Shown here: positions 45,801 to 54,972 of the stretch, piece by piece | How the letters are laid out: each line of letters begins with the position of its first letter | Position numbering within the stretch: position 1 is the first letter of the stretch | IMG/VR virus record: IMGVR_UViG_2974531088_000001 | Span: 6,708 to 70,707 of that record | DNA: 64,000 nucleotides | Direction: 5' to 3' (one strand) | Origin: a virus | Taxonomy: Duplodnaviria; Caudoviricetes | Notes under the pieces: model-generated | Database searches by the model: none | What the model saw: the letters and a program-made list of their open reading frames with translations, nothing else | What the model was told of the DNA's origin: nothing | Position numbers and translations under genes: made by a program

Positions 45801-45806
45801 AGAACC

Positions 45807-46616
45807 ATGACCACTACACCGATGATTGAGAGCTTCCGGGCACTCATTGAAGCCAACGGGCACACCCTCCCTGCTGAACTCAAAAGCGCTGAACTGTTCG
45901 CCGGGTACGGCGGCTTAGCCCAAGCCATTGAACGGGGCTTTGGAGCTCGCAGCGTGTGGCTTAGCGAGTTCGACCCGGCACCCTCCAAAATCCTTGCCCA
46001 CCACTTCCCGGGGATCCCCAATCTGGGGGACGTGACCAAAATTGATTGGGACGCAATCGCCGCGGACCCGCTCATGCGCCCCCACATCATGGGCGGCGGG
46101 TTCCCCTGCCAGGACGTGAGCCTTGCCGGTCTGCGCAAGGGGCTGACCTCAAGCACCCGGTCAGGTCTGTGGTTCCACTTCCTCAAAGGCATAGTGGCCC
46201 TGCAGCCCGAGTTCGTGCTATTCGAGAACGTCCGGGGCATCCTTTCCGCCAAGTCAGTCAGGGACATGGAAAGCACCCCCGAATCGTTGGCCCTAGACGC
46301 CGAAATTGAAGAACTGACCACCCGCCGCGAAATCCTCCACACAGAATTGGACCACCTCTATGACTCCGCTGCCCACGCTGAATTCAACGCCCTTGAGGAC
46401 CGAATTTCTGGCCTCCTGGAACAGCGAGACGGGATTGTGGGAGACGGGGCAAGCGGACCTGTTCAGCGAGCACTTGGAACCGTTCTCGGAGACTTGGCCG
46501 ATGCAGGGTATGACGCGCAATGGGCTGGCCTACGCGCTGCCGACGTGGGCGCCCCCCATGGGCGTTTCCGCGTCTTCGGCCTTGGAATCCGGCGCGACCT
46601 CCTCAACGCTGCTTAA
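45807..46616 (+). CDS. DNA cytosine-C5 methyltransferase, N-terminal (catalytic) subunit
   Basis: Motif I ELFAGYGG, IV GGFPCQ, VI ENV, VIII HGRFRVF; motifs IX-X absent. Confidence 0.9.
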   Translation: MTTTPMIESFRALIEANGHTLPAELKSAELFAGYGGLAQAIERGFGARSVWLSEFDPAPSKILAHHFPGIPNLGDVTKIDWDAIAADPLMRPHIMGGGFPCQDVSLAGLRKGLTSSTRSGLWFHFLKGIVALQPEFVLFENVRGILSAKSVRDMESTPESLALDAEIEELTTRREILHTELDHLYDSAAHAEFNALEDRISGLLEQRDGIVGDGASGPVQRALGTVLGDLADAGYDAQWAGLRAADVGAPHGRFRVFGLGIRRDLLNAA

Positions 46617-47847
46617 GACACCCACCAGCCAACTGGCGGTGAATGGTGGCAGTCAGCACCCGGACAAGCGCAAAGCCGGGGGCCATGGCCCGACGCTGGC
46701 GGACGAAATCGAACACACCTTGCCGCCCATCGACGCCGTGCCCGAAAGCTCGCTGCTCATGACGCCGGTAGCCATTGAGGGCACCAAGCCAAGCAACGTG
46801 ATGGGCGTCAACCGCCGCCTTTCAACAGGGCAAGTGTTCCTGACCAACCAGATTGTGACCCTCATGGGGCTGGACCCCTCAGAACATGAGGACGCCAAGC
46901 TGCTGCCGACGCCCACGACGCAGGAAACCAAGTCCGGGCCGTCCCAGGCGAACCGCAACACGCCCCCGCTCAATCAGGTGGTCACGGACTTGCTGCCCAC
47001 CCCCATTGCTTCTGACGGGAAGGGCACCGGACCAGCGGACGCCCACCGGGCCACCGTCCAGCTACGCGCCATTGGTGAGCTCTTGCCCACCCCCATGTGT
47101 GGAGACGCCAAGCAAGCCCGGAACAGCACCGCCAACCGCAACAAGATTCCACCTACCGGCATTCACGCCGGGGACACCCTCACGGACGTGTTCGTGCCCA
47201 ACGGGAATACCCCCATCCTGCCCACACCCAAGGGCAGCGACGGCGAGAAGGGCGGACCCAACCAGCGCGGCTCAAGCGGGGACTACGCACTACCCGCCAT
47301 TGGCCACCTGTTGCCCACCCCGGCAGCCAACGACAGCGGCAACACCCCGGAAGAACACCTACGCAAAAAGCCCGGGCGCACGCAGGTAACCAGCTTGCAG
47401 GTCATAGCTGACCATGGCCTCATTGAGACGGGCGGCAAGATTCTGCCGACGCCTACCGTGGGCAATGCAACGGGCGGGAATGCGCAGCGAGGCGGCGACC
47501 GTTCGGACGAAAAGCTTTTGCCCGGACTGGCCGTCGAAATGACCGAGAAAGACCCGCGCGAGGTCAACTGGGGTGCCTACGCCCCGGCCATTCGCCGCTG
47601 GGAACGTATCAGTGGCCGCATGGCACCGCCCCCGACGATCCCCACCGGGCGCGACGGCGCGCAACGACTCAACCCGGCCTTTGTGGAATGGATGATGGGA
47701 CTAGAGGCGGGGCACGTCACTGACGTGGATATTCCCCGGTCAGCCATGCTCAAAGCCCTGGGCAACGGCGTATGCCCCCAGCAAGCTGAGGTAGCCATTC
47801 ACCACCTGTTGGGCATGTTCGTGCGAGCTTACGGACTGGCAGCATGA
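46360..47847 (+). CDS. C5 methyltransferase second subunit (variable region repeats plus motifs IX-X)
   Basis: C-terminal RLNPAFVEWMMGL…LKALGNGV; eight LLPTP-like repeats; overlaps the first subunit by 257 bp. Confidence 0.8.
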   Translation: MTPLPTLNSTPLRTEFLASWNSETGLWETGQADLFSEHLEPFSETWPMQGMTRNGLAYALPTWAPPMGVSASSALESGATSSTLLKTPTSQLAVNGGSQHPDKRKAGGHGPTLADEIEHTLPPIDAVPESSLLMTPVAIEGTKPSNVMGVNRRLSTGQVFLTNQIVTLMGLDPSEHEDAKLLPTPTTQETKSGPSQANRNTPPLNQVVTDLLPTPIASDGKGTGPADAHRATVQLRAIGELLPTPMCGDAKQARNSTANRNKIPPTGIHAGDTLTDVFVPNGNTPILPTPKGSDGEKGGPNQRGSSGDYALPAIGHLLPTPAANDSGNTPEEHLRKKPGRTQVTSLQVIADHGLIETGGKILPTPTVGNATGGNAQRGGDRSDEKLLPGLAVEMTEKDPREVNWGAYAPAIRRWERISGRMAPPPTIPTGRDGAQRLNPAFVEWMMGLEAGHVTDVDIPRSAMLKALGNGVCPQQAEVAIHHLLGMFVRAYGLAA

Positions 47848-48131
47848 AGGCTAAGCGCGAGCCACGCACGTTCGATTTCCGGGAAACCTACTGGGGCCAC
47901 AATTTCGGCGTGTCCGGCGTCCCGACCAAACGGAACCCGGGCAAATGGAAGCGGGGCAAGTTCACGGGCTGGACGATTTCCACGCCGCGACCGCAGCCCG
48001 GTGACCTCATGATTTGGGCGACCAAGCTAGGCCACATCGTCGCCAAAATCACCCATGTGGACCCCTACCGCGACCCCGACGACATGGCCAAAATCAAGGG
48101 CAAGATCGTGGAGCGAGTCAGGAAAGAGTAA
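47844..48131 (+). CDS. Hypothetical protein
   Basis: ATGA overlap. Confidence 0.65.
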   Translation: MKAKREPRTFDFRETYWGHNFGVSGVPTKRNPGKWKRGKFTGWTISTPRPQPGDLMIWATKLGHIVAKITHVDPYRDPDDMAKIKGKIVERVRKE

Positions 48132-48133
48132 GG

Positions 48134-48164
48134 GAAAGCCCCCGTCAGATTGGCGGGGGCTTTT
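48134..48164 (+). terminator. Intrinsic terminator
   Basis: GAAAGCCCCCGTCA-gat-TGGCGGGGGCTTTT. Confidence 0.85.
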
Positions 48165-48173
48165 CGCTGCCGC

Positions 48174-48200
48174 AAAAACAGGCACACCCGCTGACAGAAT
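48174..48200 (+). promoter_or_regulatory. Middle-type promoter, leaderless
   Basis: AAAAACAGGCAC-N9-CAGAAT-N6-ATG. Confidence 0.8.
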
Positions 48201-48206
48201 GAACTC

Positions 48207-49784
48207 ATGACCAATGACACCCCCATATTCCCGCTGTCCGATGCCGAGATTCAGGAAGCCTACGCGCCCGAACTCCACTACCAGGACAGCCATGTGACCT
48301 TGTGGCATGGCGATTGCGTGGACGTTCTCAAGACCCTGCCGGACAACAGCGTCGACGCCGTCGTCACAGACCCGCCCTACGGTATCCGCTTCATGGGCAA
48401 GGCATGGGACGGCGAGGACATAGAGGAAATGACCCGCAAGCGCCGCGAGTCCAAGCCCATGCCTGACGGTGCCGGTGGCCCCAACGGCGGGTATCAGTCC
48501 GCCAGCACTGAGGCCGGACGCTACAACCAGACCCTCACAGCGAACCAGGCATTTGGGGAATGGTGCCTCGAGTGGACGCGCGAGTGCTTCCGTGTCCTCA
48601 AACCGGGTGGCCACATTCTCGCGTTCGGCGGTTCCAGGACATGGCACCGGCTCGCGTCCGCCGTTGAAGATGCTGGCTTTGAAATCCGGGACTCAATCGC
48701 ATGGCTCTACGGTTCCGGGTTCCCAAAATCCATGGACATTTCCAAGGCAATCGACAAAATGCGCCACGAGTCAGCGGACAAGCTCAAAGTCACCTCGTGG
48801 CTGGCTGACCAAGCCGACGCTAACAACATCACCCGGCGCATGCTGGACATTGCCATGGGAACCAGCGACATGGGCGGCTGGTGGCTGTCCCGCCTGGAAC
48901 ACCGCTGCCAAGTGCCCACCATGGAGCAAATCCCCCGCGTGCTGGCCACCCTTGGGGTTGAGGCTGAGGACGTGCCGGCCGACATTCAGGAACTCATTTT
49001 TGAGCTCAACGGCGCCAAGGGCACCCCGGGCAAGGCATGGCTTGAGCGCGAGGTAATCGGCACACGCGAAACAGGCGACGCGCTGGGCTGGCTGCAATCC
49101 ACTGGCAGCATTACCAAGACCGTGGACGTGACCACCGCAGCGTCCGACGCAGCCAAGCAATGGGAGGGCTGGGGCACCACGTTGAAGCCGTCCTTTGAAC
49201 CCGTCGTCGTGGGACGCAAGCCCATGCGCCTGACCACAGCGGCCAACGTCCTCAAGCACGGCACCGGGGGCATGAACATTGCCGCCACCAGGGTGGGCGA
49301 CGAACTGCGCACCAACAGCGCTGGCGGGGTGTCCAGTCTTCACGCCGTCAGCCGGGTGGAACAGGGCTACCGCGAGAACGTCAGCGAATGCGAGGGCGAG
49401 GCATCCAGCGTGAACGGGCGCTGGCCCACCAACGTGCTGCTGGACGATTTCACCGCGGAACTGCTGGACGCCCAAGAACGCGACGCGTCCCAGTTCTTCC
49501 CCATCTTCCGCTATGAAGCCAAAGCCCCCGCGTCCGAACGGCCCAACGTGGACGGCACCATGCACCCCACCGTCAAACCCCTGGACCTCATGCGCTGGCT
49601 TATCAAGCTGGTCACGCCCCCGGGCGGCACCGTCCTGGAACCCTTCGCCGGGTCCGGCACGACCGCTGAGGCATGCGTCATGGAGAACATGCACTGCATA
49701 GCCATTGAGCGCGAGGCCGACTATCTGCCCCTGATCCGGCACCGCCTTGAAAAGCCCATTGAGGTGGCCCTTTTCAACGTCTGA
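48207..49784 (+). CDS. DNA amino-methyltransferase (N6A/N4C, beta class) with internal insertion
   Basis: DPPY near the N-terminus; HPTVKP…VLEPFAGSGTT near the C-terminus. Confidence 0.92.
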   Translation: MTNDTPIFPLSDAEIQEAYAPELHYQDSHVTLWHGDCVDVLKTLPDNSVDAVVTDPPYGIRFMGKAWDGEDIEEMTRKRRESKPMPDGAGGPNGGYQSASTEAGRYNQTLTANQAFGEWCLEWTRECFRVLKPGGHILAFGGSRTWHRLASAVEDAGFEIRDSIAWLYGSGFPKSMDISKAIDKMRHESADKLKVTSWLADQADANNITRRMLDIAMGTSDMGGWWLSRLEHRCQVPTMEQIPRVLATLGVEAEDVPADIQELIFELNGAKGTPGKAWLEREVIGTRETGDALGWLQSTGSITKTVDVTTAASDAAKQWEGWGTTLKPSFEPVVVGRKPMRLTTAANVLKHGTGGMNIAATRVGDELRTNSAGGVSSLHAVSRVEQGYRENVSECEGEASSVNGRWPTNVLLDDFTAELLDAQERDASQFFPIFRYEAKAPASERPNVDGTMHPTVKPLDLMRWLIKLVTPPGGTVLEPFAGSGTTAEACVMENMHCIAIEREADYLPLIRHRLEKPIEVALFNV

Positions 49785-49810
49785 GAAACAGGCACGCACG
49801 CACTTACGCT
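49785..49810 (+). promoter_or_regulatory. Middle-type promoter
   Basis: GAAACAGGCAC-N9-TACGCT, then a GCCACAACGAAAGG leader. Confidence 0.75.
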
Positions 49811-49841
49811 GGAACTATCAGCCACAACGAAAGGGCCAACC

Positions 49842-50411
49842 ATGGCATTGCAAGAGACATACACGGACGGGGCTGCTGCCCCGGAATGGGTGAAAGAGGG
49901 CGGCACCGTCGCCGTCTGCCAGCGCACCCGTTGGGGTGCCGGTCACAGCGTCAACAAAGGCTATGTGGAGCGCATGACCAAGACCCAAGTCATTTTGAAT
50001 GACGGGCAGCGGTTCAGCCTCAAGAACGGCTTACGGGCTGTAGGGGACTCCAAACGCGACCCCTACGGACCCGGGCCGTTGTTCCTGGCTGACTGGGAAT
50101 CCAACGAGGTCAAGTCAGCTCTACGGGAACAATTCCTGCGGAACGCCGCCACGCAGATTGCCCACCAAGCGCGCGCGTTCGAGAAAGAACCCACCGGGCA
50201 GAAAGCCCACGAACTCATGGGGCTGCTGGCCCAATGGCTGCGCAAGGACGGCACCGTGGTGGAGTGGGGCACCAACTACGGGGCGGACGGGCGCATATAC
50301 CCGGCACCAAACGAGGCCGACGCCCGACTCAAGGCCAAACTAGACGGCGTGGACCTCTACATGCGCGCGCCCGGGGTGCTGGCTGGTAACTGGGTCATGG
50401 TGGCCGAATGA
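49842..50411 (+). CDS. Hypothetical protein
   Basis: Leader motif plus RBS. Confidence 0.7.
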   Translation: MALQETYTDGAAAPEWVKEGGTVAVCQRTRWGAGHSVNKGYVERMTKTQVILNDGQRFSLKNGLRAVGDSKRDPYGPGPLFLADWESNEVKSALREQFLRNAATQIAHQARAFEKEPTGQKAHELMGLLAQWLRKDGTVVEWGTNYGADGRIYPAPNEADARLKAKLDGVDLYMRAPGVLAGNWVMVAE

Positions 50412-50845
50412 GCTTGCACCTGTTCAAGGCCATTGAGGAACTGGCGAGCCGTTGCGAGGCTGCCGGACTCGTTGACGCTGCCGAGGTGGGCGCCGAGCTC
50501 CGCGCGATCCTGGAACGCTACCCGCTGCCCCCGGAAGACGCAGACGAACGCGACTCAACGCACTGGCTGTTCCAGCGCCACAGTGAAACCCTCACCCGGG
50601 TGGCCAACGCCGTCAACGGCCCACCCAAGCCGCTGTGGAGTCATTCCCACCATGACCTTGGTGAGAAAGCCGAGGAACTGGCAGCCAAGCACGCCGCCGC
50701 CCTCAACCCATCCCCGGCCCTGTTGGACGCCGTGGCCGAAAGCGTGATGCTTGATTTCAACATTCCAAGCATGCGCTTTGCACGCCAAGAGGTCCGGGCC
50801 ACCCTCAAGCACCTTGAGAACGGGCTGGCCAATGGCCTCCGGTAG
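50408..50845 (+). CDS. Hypothetical protein
   Basis: ATGA overlap. Confidence 0.65.
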   Translation: MSLHLFKAIEELASRCEAAGLVDAAEVGAELRAILERYPLPPEDADERDSTHWLFQRHSETLTRVANAVNGPPKPLWSHSHHDLGEKAEELAAKHAAALNPSPALLDAVAESVMLDFNIPSMRFARQEVRATLKHLENGLANGLR

Positions 50846-51197
50846 TCGCCACAAGACCGTGGAGGACTCCCGGGAATGCCTCCACTGTGGGCAGACCCGG
50901 GGGCAAGTCCGGGCCGAACGGACATATTGCGCCACAGTGTCAGTGGGCGAGACGGTGGAAGCCCTGGACGAATGGGACACCCACCGTTGGGCGGACTGGA
51001 AAGACGCCGAAATCCCCAACTTCATCAAACCGGAAGCCAAAAAGAACTACCGGCGCACCCGCGTTGACGACTTCCAGTGGGCTGCCTGTGACGACACCAC
51101 CACCGGCCACAAGTACCCGGTCACCGATGAAGACAAGTCATTTTTCCAAGCCGGCCAATGCATCTTTTGCGGAATAGAGGAACCCACCAATGCGTGA
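50832..51197 (+). CDS. Cys-rich hypothetical protein
   Basis: CLHC…CIFC. Confidence 0.65.
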   Translation: MASGSRHKTVEDSRECLHCGQTRGQVRAERTYCATVSVGETVEALDEWDTHRWADWKDAEIPNFIKPEAKKNYRRTRVDDFQWAACDDTTTGHKYPVTDEDKSFFQAGQCIFCGIEEPTNA

Positions 51198-51615
51198 CGA
51201 TCACCAGGTAAAGGCCACGCTTTCGTTCACCTTTGAGGAACTGGACGAAAACGGCACCGTGGTGCGCCGGTCCACTGAAAAGCACGGCGTAAGCCACACC
51301 ATGACCACCACCAACATGGTGCGTACCCGCTTTCCCGACATGGAAGCGCAATGGGTGGCGCGGAAGTTCGGCCAAAGCGTCGCTGACCTCTTGGGCAACG
51401 TCCTGCCCCCGTTCCTGGACGGCAAGACCGGGCAAGCGTTCTGCCCCTCCACCATCCACAAGGGCAAAGAGATTCCCGCGCCCATTCCCGGGATGTTCAT
51501 CAACTATCTGACCCCCGGCGTGGAAACCCGGGTTTCGTACTGCCTGGAGTGCGCCGAAATGGGCGAGTTCACGGGCATGTTCAGGCCAGATAAGGACGCA
51601 GCTAATGGCAACTGA
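51190..51615 (+). CDS. Hypothetical protein
   Basis: GAGGAA RBS. Confidence 0.65.
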   Translation: MRDDHQVKATLSFTFEELDENGTVVRRSTEKHGVSHTMTTTNMVRTRFPDMEAQWVARKFGQSVADLLGNVLPPFLDGKTGQAFCPSTIHKGKEIPAPIPGMFINYLTPGVETRVSYCLECAEMGEFTGMFRPDKDAANGN

Positions 51616-51895
51616 GGTCTACACCCCGGAACCCGTCCAGGGGCACACCATGCACCCCGATATTGAGATTGACCAGGACGGCGTAACGTGGCTGTTCATC
51701 GAATCCCAGTTCGGAAGCTTCAAGGCGAATCACGCGACATTGACGGCGCCGCCGTTCTCCACCATTGCTGACCCCATCACCCGGAACATGGGCTTTGACC
51801 CGGGCCATATCAGCGCGGACAGCATCCTTTACGCCCACGCCGCTGCAAGCGTCCTACGGGACAAGCCGGGGCCGTTCACGGGCAACGTGCTGTGA
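51605..51895 (+). CDS. Hypothetical protein
   Basis: AAGGA RBS. Confidence 0.6.
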   Translation: MATEVYTPEPVQGHTMHPDIEIDQDGVTWLFIESQFGSFKANHATLTAPPFSTIADPITRNMGFDPGHISADSILYAHAAASVLRDKPGPFTGNVL

Positions 51896-51994
51896 TTCCC
51901 AAGCCCACGCCGCTGCGCTGGCCTAACCCCTACACAGACCCCCGGGGCATCTACCTAGTGACCCGGATTATCGAACGAAAGAGAGAAAAAGAGA

Positions 51995-52228
51995 ATGAGC
52001 GAGTACAGCCCCAGAATCGGTGACGTTGTGGAATACACGACCCTTGACGGCATCCAAGTGCCGGCCATGATTACCGCCGTCGTCAACAGCGCCAACGCCG
52101 TTGACCTGGATATTCGTTACCCCAAGACCGTGGCCGAGGATCCCATCCCGGAAGGCCACAACCCTGACCTTATTTGCTATTTGCCGTCCGACGAACCAAA
52201 GCCCGGGCGCTGGCAGGTCCGTAAGTAA
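51995..52228 (+). CDS. SH3-like small protein (PRIGDVVEY…PAMITAV…GRW)
   Basis: Purine-rich RBS. Confidence 0.7.
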   Translation: MSEYSPRIGDVVEYTTLDGIQVPAMITAVVNSANAVDLDIRYPKTVAEDPIPEGHNPDLICYLPSDEPKPGRWQVRK

Positions 52229-52254
52229 AAAACAGGCACGGCGCTGCATAGGCT
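52228..52254 (+). promoter_or_regulatory. Middle-type promoter
   Basis: AAAAACAGGCAC-N9-TAGGCT-N7-ATG. Confidence 0.8.
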
Positions 52255-52261
52255 GGGAGGT

Positions 52262-52636
52262 ATGAGCCACAATTACCCCCCAGCGCTGACCGCTTTGGCG
52301 GAAAAGATCATGACAGCGCAACACACCTGGACAAACGAGGCCGAACTGCAAGCCTCAATAGACGCCGCACTCAAGACCGCTGGATACAGCCCCACCCGCG
52401 AGGTGGCATTATCCAGCGGTCTTGGGCGTGTCGACCTTATGGTCGGCAAGGTGGGCATTGAGGTGAAGATTGCCGGGTCATGGCAGCAACTCACCCGGCA
52501 GGTCATGCGGTACACCCACGCCCCCGAAATCGGGGCGGTGCTGGTGGTCACCACCAAGGCAGCGCACGCCCGAAATGTGCCCGTCCAGGCGAACGGCAAA
52601 CCAATCCTTACTATCTTCCTGAATGGGGCATTTTGA
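52262..52636 (+). CDS. PD-(D/E)xK nuclease-fold protein
   Basis: E…RVDLMV…IEVK…QVMRY. Confidence 0.75.
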   Translation: MSHNYPPALTALAEKIMTAQHTWTNEAELQASIDAALKTAGYSPTREVALSSGLGRVDLMVGKVGIEVKIAGSWQQLTRQVMRYTHAPEIGAVLVVTTKAAHARNVPVQANGKPILTIFLNGAF

Positions 52637-54378
52637 GCGTCCACCAACTCGAATTGCCGTTGACCGCCCCCCGGACATACGGCTGGTACGAATACACAGA
52701 CCATGGCAAGCGCGGCAAGTGGACCCTACGCATGGAACCCGCCGTCGCTTCCCGCGTGAAGCGCATCTTTGCCCGTGTCCGCTGGACCACAGCTGGAACC
52801 GTGGAAATCTGGGACTCGCTGGACGTAACCCGCGACCTGGAATGGATTCTTGAGCGCTGGCCAATGACCCCAGCCAATCAGGCGACCGCGGAACGGCTCT
52901 ATGGTGGTGCCCGGGCGCACCGACGCCGTGAGGAAACCATTCAGCGCGTCATTTCCGGGGAACGCCGTCTTGAGCTCCCACGCGACCCGGCCAAAGCCCC
53001 GCGTGATTACCAGCTAACCGCCGTGGACCTGTTGCGGCAGACCGGCCGGCTGCTGCTCACTGACTCCCGGGGCTTGGGCAAGACCTACACGGGCTTGCTC
53101 AACGGCACCCATGAGGACGCCCTGCCCATACTCGTGGTGCCCCCGGCGCACTTGCCCGGGCGGTGGATGCTAGAGGCGCACGAGGCGTTCCCGTTCCTAA
53201 GCGTCAAGATAGCCAAGAAAGGCAAACCCCCGGAAAACTGGACTCCCGACGACTTGCCCGACGTCATGATCGTGCCGTATTCCAAGCTGGACGGGTGGGC
53301 TGACTACCTGGCCGGGAACATCAACACCATTGTGTTTGATGAAGTGCAAGACCTCCGAACAGGTAAGGGCACCCGCAAGGGCCACGCCGCTGGCATTCTC
53401 TGCGAGGAAGCCACCTATAGGCTGGGGCTGACCGCCACCCCCATTTACAACTACGGCGGCGAAATCTGGAACATTATGGACATTCTGGCGCCGGGGGAAT
53501 TGGGCACGAGTGACGAATTTACCCGCGAATGGGGTTCGGTCAACTTCAACGGCAAGACCGTGATCAAGGATCCCGCCGCATTGGGCAGCTACTTGCGCGA
53601 GCAAGGTTTGATGCTGGGCCGGACCCGCAAGGACGTGGGCCGTGAGCTTCCGGCCCACGTGACCGTTCCCGTGACCGTGGAGAGCGACCCGGAAGCCCTG
53701 GACAAGGTGAAGGGCGACGCCCGGGCCATGGCTGAACTGATCCTTTCAGCGAACACCACCAGCTTTGACCGCATGAAGGCAGCCGGGGAACTGGACTGGA
53801 AGCTACGCGAGGCCACCGGCATTGCCAAAGCCCCATACGTTGCCGAGTTTGCGCGCCTGTTGCTGGAATCTGAGAACAAAATCTTGCTGTTCGGTTGGCA
53901 CCGCGCCGTTTATGACATTTGGATGGACTTGCTCAACGAGTTCCAGCCGGTCATGTATACGGGCAGCGAGTCCGCCGCGCAAAAGGATGCTGCGGCCGCT
54001 GAGTTCATCAAGGGTGACGCCCGAATCCTGATCATGTCCCTACGTTCCGGCAGCGGCGTGGACGGGCTGCAAGAGGCGTCAAAGGTCTGCGTGTTCGGTG
54101 AACTGGACTGGTCCCCTCAAGTGCACTTGCAGGGCATTGGCCGTCTGGACCGTGACCCCGCAGACCCCGGCGTCGACCTCACCCAAGTGGAACCCACCGT
54201 CGCTTACTACCTGACCACCGAGGACGGCAGCGACCCGGTGATCATGGAAACCCTTGGTATCAAACGCAACCAGTCCGAACCCATGCTGAACCCTGACGGG
54301 AAACTCACCAGCAACGCCACCCCCGATGCAGGGCGCGCCCGTGCCCTTGCCCAACAAATCCTTGGAGTCACCGCATGA
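52633..54378 (+). CDS. SNF2-family helicase/ATPase
   Basis: PRDYQ, Walker A GLGKT, DEVQ, LTATP, GSGVDGLQ, QGIGRLDR. Confidence 0.92.
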   Translation: MSVHQLELPLTAPRTYGWYEYTDHGKRGKWTLRMEPAVASRVKRIFARVRWTTAGTVEIWDSLDVTRDLEWILERWPMTPANQATAERLYGGARAHRRREETIQRVISGERRLELPRDPAKAPRDYQLTAVDLLRQTGRLLLTDSRGLGKTYTGLLNGTHEDALPILVVPPAHLPGRWMLEAHEAFPFLSVKIAKKGKPPENWTPDDLPDVMIVPYSKLDGWADYLAGNINTIVFDEVQDLRTGKGTRKGHAAGILCEEATYRLGLTATPIYNYGGEIWNIMDILAPGELGTSDEFTREWGSVNFNGKTVIKDPAALGSYLREQGLMLGRTRKDVGRELPAHVTVPVTVESDPEALDKVKGDARAMAELILSANTTSFDRMKAAGELDWKLREATGIAKAPYVAEFARLLLESENKILLFGWHRAVYDIWMDLLNEFQPVMYTGSESAAQKDAAAAEFIKGDARILIMSLRSGSGVDGLQEASKVCVFGELDWSPQVHLQGIGRLDRDPADPGVDLTQVEPTVAYYLTTEDGSDPVIMETLGIKRNQSEPMLNPDGKLTSNATPDAGRARALAQQILGVTA

Positions 54379-54620
54379 TCAAGCTCTTTCGCCGCCGCCG
54401 CTACACCGTCCAGGCGTTCCACCCCTCCGACTACGGCCCCTTTGGGCACATGAAGTTCCACCACGCATACCAGGTGAGTGACTACATGACCTTTATTCGC
54501 CGCAGCTACCCGCACACCGAGTTCTTGGTGCGGGACCGCGAAACAGGCAAGGTGGGCCACGACTACCCCGCCAAGAACGGGAACCCTGGCACCCACTGGA
54601 CGGCCAGAATTGGCCGCTGA
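54375..54620 (+). CDS. Hypothetical protein
   Basis: GGAG RBS. Confidence 0.6.
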   Translation: MIKLFRRRRYTVQAFHPSDYGPFGHMKFHHAYQVSDYMTFIRRSYPHTEFLVRDRETGKVGHDYPAKNGNPGTHWTARIGR

Positions 54621-54972
54621 CACATGGCCCCGGGACGCCGCCGGCAACATACGCATGGTGCTGTATGTTGCCGGTCCCATGTCCGGGCTACCGGCCTACA
54701 ACCGCCCCAAATTCAACGAGGTAACCGACGAATTACGGCGCTTTGGGTACTACGTGTTAAATCCGGCACGGCAGCCATTAGGTTTGGAATATAACGACTA
54801 CATGAGGCGCGGCATCAACGACGTTCACAAGTCAGACGGGGTGGCACTACTCCCGGGCTGGGAACAATCGAACGGTGCACGCCTGGAACACCTGATAGCC
54901 AGAAAGCTGGGGCTGGAATGCCGGCCCTATACCGACTGGGAAAACCTTTACGAACAGGAACCGCCACAATGA
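54610..54972 (+). CDS. DUF4406 / nucleoside deoxyribosyltransferase-like protein
   Basis: YVAGPMSGLPAYNRPKF…VLNPA…LLPGWEQSNGARLEH. Confidence 0.85.
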   Translation: MAADTWPRDAAGNIRMVLYVAGPMSGLPAYNRPKFNEVTDELRRFGYYVLNPARQPLGLEYNDYMRRGINDVHKSDGVALLPGWEQSNGARLEHLIARKLGLECRPYTDWENLYEQEPPQ

